Of a stretch of 60,000 nt of DNA, positions 50,243 through 60,000 are shown one piece after another; the stretch's first letter is position 1, and each line of letters begins with the position of its first letter. Below the pieces are notes generated by a model. It was not told where the DNA came from. It did not search any database and was given only the letters and a program-made list of their open reading frames with translations. The stretch lies in contig NC_086107.1 of the NCBI RefSeq assembly GCF_963921235.1, positions 104,472,001 to 104,532,000 on the forward strand, written 5' to 3'. This stretch comes from Mobula hypostoma (Eukaryota). A program made the position numbers and the translations under genes.

Positions 50243-50497
50243 AGGAACAGGCTGCTTGGCTCACAACGCCTGCACTTGACCATAATGTTGAAATAAATTA
50301 AACCTCTTCTGCTTGCACATGATCCCTCTCCCTCCATTCCGTGATACTGGGTGTATCTAAAAGCCTGTGTGCTTCCACCACATACCCCTGAGAGCCCATT
50401 GCAGCACCCACCATTCTCTGTGTAAACCCTTACGCTGCAAATCTCCTGTGTACTCCCCCCTCCCCACCATCTCCGCCGAAGATACATACTGTCTAAT

Positions 50498-50705
50498 AAA
50501 CTCTTCTTGGGCTTCCAGCCGGATAGAGGTATCGATTTTAACTGATGTTTCAATGACAGACTCTGCCACCTTCATCAGGGATGATGCCTGGGCATGTCTA
50601 GTCCGGTGGTATTTATACCCCATCGTCCGTCCCTCCTGATTGGTTAGTCCTTGTCCAATCAGGTTTCTGCTGCCCAGCCTTGTTTACAATCGAATTCTAG
50701 TTCTT
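50498..50705 (-). mobile_element. Second Penelope-like terminal-repeat family with hammerhead-like motif
   Basis: Minus strand reads CTGATGA-A-GGTGGCAG AGT CTGTCATT-GAAAC-ATC (50544-50578); homologous to 24172-24360. Confidence 0.55.
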
Positions 50706-50998
50706 GCACACATGTTGTCTACCACTTGACATTGCTACCCAGGGAGAAATCCACTCTGTCTATGCCTCTCATAATCTTATAAACTTCATTTAGAATCTGT
50801 GATAAATCTCCAGTAGAGGAATATGATTGTAAAAGCAACTGTAACAAATGTGGACAAGACTACATTGAATAGAATGAATCCTTACCTCTGGAGGATTGGC
50901 GAGGGGCCGTGGGATTGAATGGACAGGGGATCACCTGGTGGATGGTGGGTGGGTGATGGTTATTTGGGTGGACAGGGTGACCGCGTGTGTCTGTACAG

Positions 50999-51107
50999 GA
51001 GCGAGGAGAGGCTCAGCGGGACCTGTCGATGATGCAGGATGTGATGCTCGGGCTCCTCAACAACAAGAAGAACTTCCAGGTTGCAATAGAGTCGACTCGG
51101 CACCCAG
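50999..51107 (+). CDS. PLEKHA4: PLEKHA4-like exon (ERGEAQRDLSMMQDVMLGLLNNKKNFQVAIESTRHP)
   Basis: GTACAG| acceptor, CAG|GTAACA donor, phase 0-1. AQxxLxMxxDxxxGL family motif. Confidence 0.88.
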
Positions 51108-51334
51108 GTAACAACAAAACACAGCAACTGTTCCTGGGGGAGAGAGACGGGGTGGTCACAAACTGACCCACTCAAACCAAGGTGATCACCAACTTGTCCA
51201 TGTGGAGACTGACCACACAAACCCAGACTGGTTCCAGTACAGTCCCACAGGGGTGATATTTACTGGAGTCTGGGATCTACAGACAGTGACACGCATAACA
51301 GCAGAGTTTCCACTAACTCACACTGTGGGCCAGG

Positions 51335-52423
51335 ACACTGACCTTCACTGGGGGAACAGGTCCCACACACACTGACCCTCACTGGGGGAACAGGTCTCAC
51401 ACACACACACACACATTGACCCTCACTGGGGGAACAGGTCCCACACACACTGACCCTCACTGGGGTAACAGGTCACACACACACACTGACCCTCACTGGG
51501 GGAACAGGACCCACACACACACTGACCCTCACTGGGGGGAACAGGTCCCACACACACACTGACCCTCACTGGGGGAGCAGGTCCCACACACACACTGACC
51601 CTCACTGGGGTAACAGGTCACACACACACACTGACCCTCACTGGGGGAACAGGACCCACACACACACTGACCCTTACTGGGGGACGGTCCCACACACACT
51701 GACACTCACTGGTCCTACAAACCTTCAAATCCCTGCCCTTAAGATTATTTCTCATCTGTTGAACTTGTCTACTGCAGGTAGTGATGGTCTTACTTGAGGT
51801 TTGCGAGTTTGCACCTGCATTGTGGAGTACAGAATTTTAAACATTGACCCACAGTGGCCAAGTGGTTAAGGCGTTCGTCTAGTGATCTGAAGGTCGCTAG
51901 TTCGAGCCTCAGCTGTTGGCAGTGTGTTTGTGCCCTTGAGCAAGGCACTTAACCACACATTGCTCTAGTGTCTGTGTGAGGAGTGGTGCCCCACACAGAC
52001 TTCCAATCCGCGCCTTGTAAGGCATGAAAGGTCCCACACACACACTGACCCTCACTGGGGGAACAGGTCTCACACACACACACACTGACCCTCACTGGGG
52101 GGACAGGTCCCACACACACTGACCCTCACTGGGGGAACAGGTCCCACACACACACTGACCCTCACTGGGGGAACAGGTCACACACACACTGACCCTCACT
52201 GGGGGAACAGGTCCCACACACACTGACCCTCACTGGGGGAACAGGTCACACACACACACTGACCCTCACTGGGGGAACAGGTCACACACACACACACTGA
52301 CCCTCACTGGGGGAACAGGTCACACACACACACTGACCCTCACTGGGTGAACAGGTCACACACACACACACTGACCCTCACTGGGGGAACAGGTCCCACA
52401 CACACACTGACCCTCACTGGGGT
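51335..52423. repeat. ~35 bp minisatellite (CACACTGACCCTCACTGGGGGAACAGGTCCCACACA) in two blocks, 51335-51712 and 52030-52423
   Basis: Direct observation; the blocks are separated by unique sequence and a SINE head. Confidence 0.93.
51854..52029 (+). mobile_element. tRNA-derived SINE 5' part (3' end resumes at ~52436-52475)
   Basis: Near-identical to 40681-40855; the tail GCAGGCCTCTCATGGTCTGAGTCGACGTTCCCTCCCC follows the minisatellite. Confidence 0.8.
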
Positions 52424-52922
52424 AAGGCTTGTAACGCAGGCCTCTCATGGTCTGAGTCGACGTTCCCTCCCCTCCCTCCCCACAGTGGAGGCCTGTTCTG
52501 TAGACACAGATTTTAGTTGGGACACAGGTCGTATTTACCTGCCTAGATTGTGTTTCACTGAATGCGGTGCCAAGACCCTGTGACAGCCCACATCGTAAAT
52601 GTCCACGGTCTGCAATCCCAATCCTTTGCCCTTTCTGAGCAACACACGCAAAATGCTGGAGGTCAGTGGAGGGGAATAAACTGTCAACGTTTCGGGCAAG
52701 ACCCCTCATCAAACAAGAGTCTTGGACTGAGACATCAACGGGTAAGATGCTGCCAGGCCTGCTGAGTTCCTCCAGCATTAGGTGTGTGCTACTCCGGATT
52801 TCCGGCATCTGCAGAATCTCCTGTGTTTAGGTTATGCCGGGTCCGTTCCGCTACATTTCCTTATCCTGGAGCCTCTCTCAAGTTGGGTTTTAAACGATGT
52901 CTTGTCAATCCCTGTCCTCCAG

Positions 52923-53050
52923 CAGCCTCATTTTCAGCTTCCCCCGTCCTGGATCATCAACTGGAGCTGCAACGAGACTCACCACGGCGTCTGGCACCAC
53001 TGCCGTCTCCGAGCTCGAGGCAGCTGCCGGCCCTCTGTGCCTCCCCACCG
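52923..53050 (+). CDS. PLEKHA4: PLEKHA4-like exon (ASFSASPVLDHQLELQRDSPRRLAPLPSPSSRQLPALCASPP)
   Basis: Pyrimidine tract plus CAG(CAG) acceptor, CCG|GTGAGT donor, phase 1-0, consistent with both neighbours. Confidence 0.75.
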
Positions 53051-54069
53051 GTGAGTGAGGTCCCACGGCCGGGCCAAAGGACCCGTGTTATCAACCTTCG
53101 CCTTCACCTGGTGGGGGGGGGGGGTTGGGGGAGAGTCTTTGTGTACTGACAATGGTCTACTGGGGGGAGGTGAGTGGGAGCAGGGCACACGGAGAGGTAA
53201 TGGATGGGTGTGATGAGAAAACAGGGAGGGGAGAACGCGGTGTGGCAAGGGTAAAGTCACCGGGAGATGGTTGGCGATGTGGGAGTTGGAGGACGAGAGG
53301 GGCAGGTGGGTGGATGGTTCTAATGATGAGAAAAGGGTTGCTAAGTGTGGGTGGGGGTATGGGGTAGAGGATGTTGGGTGGGCTTGTGGCCATGGAGAGG
53401 AGGTGATAGGTGGGACCATGGGATTGGGGGAGATGGTGGATGGGTCAGGGGCTGAGATGATGGTGGGTGGGGTCAGGGACACGGGAGAAGATAGTGGGTG
53501 GTGGGGAGTGCTGGGAAGATGGGATTCAGGGAGTGGGAGGGAGATCATGGGTAGGGTCGAGGGGTGGGGAGTAGATGGGGGTGGGCAGTGGGAATGAGAT
53601 GATGGGAGGGTCAGATGCTGAAGAGATGTGGGTGGGGCTGGGAGTGGGGATGGAGATGGTAGATGGGGAAGAGATGGTGGGAGTGTCAGGGAGTGAGAAG
53701 GCGATGGTGGGTGGGTCAGGGGTTGAAATGATGGTGGGTGGGGTCAAGGTCTGGGGGGAAAGATTGTGGGCATTAGGGAGTGCTGGGAAGATGGGGGTGG
53801 ATTCAGGGAGTGGGAGGGAGATCATGGGTAGGATTGAGGGCTGGGGAGTAGATTAAGGAATGGGGAGTGGTGAGAAGATGGTGGGTGGTGGTGGGTTCTG
53901 GGCGGAGCTGGTGGATATGGTCAGGGTGGGGAAGGAGAGTCAGGGAGTGATGAAGAGATGGTGGATGGGTGAGTTGGAAGGAGATGGTGGGAAGGATTGG
54001 TGGGCAGGTGGAGAAAACAAAATGCAGAATGCTGATTTCTTCCTTTATCATTTGCTGGGAGCGCTGTAG

Positions 54070-54237
54070 GGAGAGGACGATGCGCCCTGCCGACCACCCC
54101 TTCCCCACATGCCCTACCACGAGGATCTCACTTCTGTACACGTCGGGCCTGAGGCTGCGTCACTGGTGACCCTGCGCGAGCACAAGCACCAGCCGAAAGA
54201 TGTCCAGAGCGAGCCCGTGACCAACGGGAAGGTGAAG
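54070..54237 (+). CDS. PLEKHA4: PLEKHA4-like exon (GEDDAPCRPPLPHMPYHEDL...PVTNGKVK)
   Basis: CTGTAG| acceptor, AAG|GTAACC donor, 168 nt, phase 0-0. PxRPPLP motif seen in the PLEKHA family. Confidence 0.75.
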
Positions 54238-55378
54238 GTAACCCTCTCCGCACTTCCTCTGACCCTGCCCACCCTCTCCTGTGCCCGTTTCCCCTTTCGG
54301 AGGATACTCCGGAATTTGCTGCCGCTGCCCAAGGACCCTCCCTCCCCGTAAACCTTAGGACTCCCAGCACGTCCCCCGGAGACTCTCAGCAACTTTTACA
54401 GATGCACCATTGAAAGCATCCTCCCCAGGTGCACAACGGCGTAGTGTTGCCATTGCTTAGCGTCCCGAGGACGGCAAGAGATTGCAGAGTTACGAACGCA
54501 ACCCAGTTCACGTCACAAACCAGCCTCTCCTCCACTGACTCCGTCTACACTTCCTGCTGCCTTGGGAAAGCAGTCAACATAGTCACCATTCCCACTGTGA
54601 TCCTTCGCCTCTGTCCCCTCCTCCCATCGGACAGAAAATATTCAATCCTTCCCCGTACAAACCACCAGGGCTCAAGGACAGCGTCTTCCCGCTGACGGGA
54701 CCGCTCGTACTCGAAAAAATGACATCGGGAATTCTTGATCTATCTTGCCGTGGCTCTCACACTTCATCTCCACGCCTGCTCTGCACTTTCTCTGTAAATA
54801 CTCCAGCGTATTCCTCATTCTGTCTCCGTTTCACTATCAAAGTGTAATTATGTACGGCATATAGATGCCACACAAAGCACTTTGCCCTTCGCTGTACCTC
54901 AATACCTGTGGCAGCAATGAACCAGTATCACCCTCTCAAGCAGCACCTTGCTGTGTAAACGGATTTCTCTTTACCTGATGCTGACTGTCTTCTACCTGTG
55001 GACTCTCTTGCCACTGTGAACACATTCCAACAAACTCCCGGAAGCTTTCAGCAGCCCTCCAACCTGAGAGTTGTTCTGATAGCCCCCAACCCGATGGCAT
55101 AAACATCGGTTTCTCCAACTTCCGGTAATTTCTCTTCGCCCTCCCCTTCCCTGTTTTTCCATTCCCCATTCTGGGTGTCCTCTCACCCTGTCTCCTCACT
55201 TGCCCATCCTCTCCTTCCCTCTCTCCCATGGTCCACTCTCCTCTCCTATCAGATTCCTTCTTCTCCGGCCCTTTACAGTACGTCTTCCACCTATCGCCTC
55301 CCAGCTTTTTACTTTGTCCGCCCTCCCCCCACCCACCCAGCTTCCCCTCAGCCGGTCTCACCTACGTATCACCCGCCA

Positions 55379-55580
55379 ACACACATCAAAGTTGCTGGTG
55401 AACGCAGCAGGCCAGGCAGCATCTCTAGGGAGAGGTACAGTCGACGTTTCGGGCCGAGACCCTTCGTCAGGACAGAAACGTTGACTGTACCTCTCCCTAG
55501 AGATGCTGCCTGGCCTGCTGCGTTCACCAGCAACTTTGATGTGTGTTGCTTGAATTTCCAGCATCTGCAGAATTCCTCGT
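55379..55580. mobile_element. Fold-back Penelope-like mini-element with intact hammerhead core (minus strand), 13 bp TSD
   Basis: 73 bp inverted arms at 55378-55450 and 55475-55547 (one mismatch). Direct repeat GTATCACCCGCCA at 55366-55378 and 55581-55593. Confidence 0.8.
55438..55475 (-). ncRNA. Minimal type I hammerhead ribozyme motif (PLE-type)
   Basis: Minus strand reads GTC-CTGACGA-A-GGG TCTCGG CCC-GAAAC-GTC^GAC, with all core positions intact. Confidence 0.65.
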
Positions 55581-56124
55581 GTATCACCCGCCAGCTTGTT
55601 CTCCTCCCCCTCCCTCCATCGCTACCGCCGCCCCCCCTTTCCTTTCCAGTCGTGATGAGGGACCTCAGCCTGAATATTCTCCTCCACAGATGCTGACTGA
55701 CGTGCTGAGACCTCCAGCAGTTTGTGTGTGTTCTCTCCTTTTATCCTTATTCCCAGCCACCCCACCGGAATAATATTTACTTTAAAAAGCAGATGGCGAA
55801 TTACCAGATTCCACCCCCCCGGTATCGCCATGAGGTTTGAAGAGATGTGAGTTGTCCTCCGTAACGATTTACCTTTACGCCGCCAGGGGGATCTTGCGTC
55901 GACAGCCGGGGGCACAGGCCGGAGAGGAAAGATGAGTGCAGAGGAGCAGAAGGAGAGGATGAAGAGGCACCTCCAAGCACGGGGTCAGGACCGGGCCAAG
56001 ACGGGCCGAATGGCCCAGAGGGGCGTGGTCGTGTCGCCAGTTGTGGTGGGTGAAGCCTCGCTTTCCGCCGTCTCTGTAGGGTGACCGTGGACACTCTCCA
56101 CTGGCACTGTCTGTGCCCCATTAA

Positions 56125-57476
56125 ACACAACCCCCTCACTGAGATAGTGATCTCTGTGTCACACACTCCCCTCACTGAGATGGTAATCTCTGTATTACAC
56201 ACCCCCTCACTGAGATAGTGATCTGTGTTACACACACCCCCTCACTGAGATGGTAATCTCTGTGTTACACACACCCCCTCACTGAGATAGTCATCTCTGT
56301 GTTACACCCCCCCCTCACTGAGATGGTAATCTCTGTGTTACACACAACCCCCTCACTGAGATAGTGATCTCTGTGTTACACACCCCCGTCACTGTGATGG
56401 TAATCTCTGTGTTACACACACACCCCTCACTGAGATGGTCATCTCTGTGTTACACAGCCCCCCCGCCAATGAGATGGTAATCTCCGTGTTACACACTCCC
56501 CCTCACTGAGATGGTAATCTCTGTGTTACACACACCCCCGCACTGAGATGGTAATCTGTGTTACACACCCCCTCACTGAGATAGTCATCTCTGTGTTACA
56601 CCCTCCCCTCACTGAGATAGTGATCTCTGTGTTACACCCCCCTCAGTGAGATAGTCATCTGTGTTACACCCCCCTCACTGAGATAGTGATCTCTGTGTCA
56701 CACACCCCCTCAGTGAGATAGTCATCTCTGTGTTACACCCCCCCCTTACTGAGATGGTAATCTCTGTGTTACACACAACCCCCTCACTGAGATAGTGATC
56801 TCTGTGTTACACACCCCCGTCACTGTGATGGTAATCTCTGTGTTACACACACACCCCTCACTGAGATAGTAATCTCTGTGTTACACACCCCCCCCCCCTC
56901 ACTGAGATGGTCATCTCTGTGTTACACAGCCCCCTCACTGAGATGGTAATCTCTGTGTTACACACAACCCCCTCACTGAGATGGTAATCTCTGTGTTACA
57001 CACTCCCCCTCACTGAGATGGTAATCTCTGTGTTACACACACACCCTCACTGAGATGGTAATCTCTACGTCACACAACCCCCTCACTGAGATGGTAATCT
57101 CTGTGTTACACAGACCCCCCCCTCACTGAGATAGTAATCTCTGTGTTACACACACCCCCTCACTGAGATGGTAATCTCTACGTTACACACCCCACCTCAC
57201 TGAGATGGTTATCTCTGTGTTACACAGACCCCCCCCCTCACTGAGATAGTAATCTCTGTGTTACACACACACCCTCACTGAGATGGTAATCTCTACGTTA
57301 CACACCCCACCTCACTGAGATGGTTATCTCTGTGTTACACAGACCCCCCCCCTCACTGAGATAGTAATCTCTGTGTTACACACACCCCCTCACTGAGATG
57401 GTAATCTCTACGTTACACACCCCACCTCACTGAGATGGTTATCTCTGTGTTACACACCCCCCCCCTCACTGAGATA
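56125..57476. repeat. ~38-42 bp minisatellite (CCCCTCACTGAGATGGTAATCTCTGTGTTACACACA)
   Basis: More than 30 tandem units with variable C-run and CA-run lengths. Confidence 0.96.
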
Positions 57477-58066
57477 GAGGCAGCTGATAGAGCCACTGAC
57501 GATCCTCACCTCTGGTCGTGGCTGTGTGGACTTTACATGATCTGCCCCTGACTGTGTGTCTCCCCCCCCCCCCCACAACTCCAACTTCAGTCAACACCTC
57601 ACTGCGGCCACTGTAAATTTCCCTCCGTTTCGGTGGCCGGTAAGAGAGCGGGAGGGCGGATGTGTAAATGAGCATGACTGAGAGAATCGGTTACTGTGGA
57701 GCTAAGTGGGAGGACGGGATTACTCTTGGAACCACATATATTTGATGGGCCGAATGCTCCCCTTTCAACATTGTATGGGAATGTGTGAGGAAAAGAAACC
57801 TGCTTGGGTTAAGGTCCCTCCCGCAAAGGAGGAGCAAGGTCTTGTCTTGGGCTCTCATACCCAATGGAATCTGCATTGGGATTCTGCCACGAGCTAACGT
57901 CCGGTTGGGAGCTGCAGTGATGAGTGCCAGGGACTTTACACTGGAGCTGTGAAATGGAAGGTGAGACACGATGTGCCTTTGCTTTGAGGAGACCCTCTAG
58001 GCAACATTCAACCTGATGGGTAGCAACACTGGCTTCACATTCAGAGGGCGTCTGTTCACTTTGCAG

Positions 58067-58357
58067 AGGGCACCACTGACAGAGCAGAAGGCAGGGGCCC
58101 CGGGACTCCAGTCCAGGACCCCTCTGACCAAAAGACCGCAGACCAGCCACGTGTCGGGGGCCCAGCTCGCTACCAGCGCGCTGACGCCACGATCCAGCCC
58201 GAGGCAGTCTCCGATAGCCATTGCGCAGGCAGCGGCAACGGAGACGGCAGGAACGCCGAACGTGGTCACGTCGAGCAAGCTGGTGACGAAGATATCGGCC
58301 CCTCCCGCGAGGGTGGACAGCCAGGAAAGAGAAAACAGCCGCATGATTCGGAGGGAG
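58067..58357 (+). CDS. PLEKHA4: PLEKHA4-like exon (RAPLTEQKAG...ERENSRMIRRE); gene continues beyond the window
   Basis: TCACTTTGCAG| acceptor (an in-frame alternative lies at 58001), GAG|GTAAGA donor, open CpG-rich frame, phase 0-0. Confidence 0.7.
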
Positions 58358-58987
58358 GTAAGATCTCACACCAGATTCTGCTGGTGCTGGAGGAAGTCAG
58401 CAGGTAGCGTCTGTGGGGGAGGCGGGTAATAACCTGTGAATGAAGGGTCTTGGCCCGGAACCCCAGCTGTGTGATCCCCTCCACAGACACTGCCTGATCT
58501 GCTGAGTTCCTCCAGCATTTTGTGAGTGTTGCTTTGGATCACACCTGCTGGCAAGGGCGTTCGGAAATAATACAGCCTGCATTGCTTTAATTTTTAAATA
58601 ACAGCCAAGTTATGTTGCATTTGTGGCCAGTAATTTATCTAATTTTGAAAATGATAAACCCATAAATTCTTCCTCTCAATCTAACATTTCCTTTCACCTC
58701 TGTATCAGCCCGAACGACAATATTGTTGCCTAAAGACACACACAACACAAGGTGTACATTTAGAACCACTCCTGCTTTTCTTGTCTCAATACTCACACCA
58801 CCATTTTGGTCTGATTGCTACATTTAATTAAATTGTGTCTTCTTAAATGTCAAGACTTCTTTGTCTTCTAAACCAACTTGTTACTCTGCTTCTGCACAAT
58901 AAATGTAAGGACAATTAAAATCCCATACTGTTCCTTCTCCATGACATTGTGCTTCTCAGCAATATATAATAGACACTGGTTCTTTCA

Positions 58988-59236
58988 TCTGTCTGTCTAT
59001 CTATCTGTCTGTCCGTCTATCTGTTTATTTGTCGGTCTGTCTATCTGTCTATCTGTCGGTCTGTCTGTCTGTCTATCTGTCTATCTATGTGTCTGTCTGT
59101 CTGTCTATCTATCTATGTGTCTGTCTGTCTATCTATTCATCTGTCTATCTATCTGTCCATCTGTCTATCTGTCTGTCTGTCTATCTATCTGTCTGTCTGT
59201 CTGTCTGTCTATTTGTCCATCTATCTATCTATTTAT
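58988..59236. repeat. (TCTA)n/(TCTG)n tetranucleotide microsatellite
   Basis: Direct observation. Confidence 0.95.
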
Positions 59237-59554
59237 CATTTGTTTATTTAGAGATACAGTGTGGACATGGACCAGGCCCTCTCAGACCAACCAGCCACAC
59301 TGCCCATCAACCCATCCGTTCAACCCTAGCCTAATCACGGGACAATTTACAGTGAGCGGCTAACCTACTAACTGGCACGTCTCTGGACTGATTGCTGGCT
59401 TATTCCCCACTCCAACTCCAGTGTCCTTGTTCAGTAGTCTGCCCAAAACATCAACCCTCCTGACCGCTGGGATTGTTCGCTGCTGACTGCTCGGCATTGG
59501 GGGCGGGGTAGTCACTGTACAGTGCCGGCTGCGAAGGTTGGTGCTTGACTCGCA

Positions 59555-59785
59555 CCGCTGTCTGTGGGGAGTTTGCACGTTCTCCCTGTGACCGCGTGGG
59601 GTTTCTTCCGGGAGCTCCGATTTCCTCCCACAGTCCAGAGACGTGTGGATTAGGGTCAGTGGATCACGGGCACCAGAAACTTGGTAACACTTGTGGGCTG
59701 CCCAGTGCAATCCTCGCTGATTTGATTTGATGCAAACAATGCATTTCACTATGTTTGCAACGCACATGTGGCAAATAAAGCCAGT
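59555..59785 (+). mobile_element. V-SINE (HE1-like) copy
   Basis: CTGTCTGTGGGGAGTTTGCACGTTCTCCCTGTGACCGCGTGGGGTTTCTTCCGGGAGCTCCGATTTCCTCCCACAGTCC V-domain. Confidence 0.75.
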
Positions 59786-59884
59786 CTTGGGCATCTAATC
59801 GTAACTCCCATTTATCTCCTGGAAATCTGGTAACCAAATACTGGCCTGCCATTCCGACCCACCTGGAAGGCATATTCCAGTAAC

Positions 59885-60000
59885 GAGAAACTCCATACAT
59901 GCTGCAGGTCCAAAGAAACACGCACAAAATGCTGGAGGAACTCAACAGTGAGTCCTGAAGAAGGGTCTCGGCCCAAAACGTCGACTGTTTACTCTTTAAT
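59885..60000. mobile_element. Fold-back Penelope-like fragment with near-intact hammerhead motif (truncated by the window end)
   Basis: AGTC-CTGAAGA-AGGGTCTCGGCCC-AAAAC-GTC-GACT at 59951-59986 (G>A in the GAAA box), preceded by an inverted arm. Confidence 0.6.

Larger units (their letters stand above)
55080..55735 (+). mobile_element. Older Penelope-like 3' remnant hosting a younger fold-back insertion
   Basis: 55080-55130 matches the reverse complement of 28545-28600; degenerate GTGATGA...GAATA box at ~55650. Confidence 0.6.

Noticed and set aside
56125..57476. CRISPR-like regularity (also 16745-17152 and 51335-52423)
   Set aside because: Units are head-to-tail with no unique spacers, there are no cas genes, and the context is a vertebrate intron.

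Overview
Vertebrate genomic DNA, most likely a cartilaginous fish (ray-like; inferred from its V-SINE, CR1, Rex-Babar and Penelope repeat content). The window holds most of one + strand multi-exon gene, a PLEKHA4 (PEPP1)-like PH-domain/coiled-coil protein. It has 16 phase-consistent GT-AG coding exons from 15030 to 58357 (about 1069 codons, no stop reached, so it runs past the window) and a candidate non-coding first exon near 2.0-2.2 kb. The introns are filled with LINE fragments (CR1, Rex1/Babar-like, one CR1 nested in a Rex1), tRNA-derived SINEs, Tc1 remnants, microsatellites and about ten distinct minisatellite arrays. The most notable non-coding signal is a family of Penelope-like (PLE) terminal-repeat fragments carrying minimal hammerhead-ribozyme motifs (CUGANGA...GAAACGUC). 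Three of these are ~190-200 bp fold-back mini-insertions flanked by 12-14 bp target-site duplications, and two have intact catalytic cores. One intact core lies on the sense strand of the PLEKHA4 pre-mRNA. All family assignments come from motif recognition; no database search was run.
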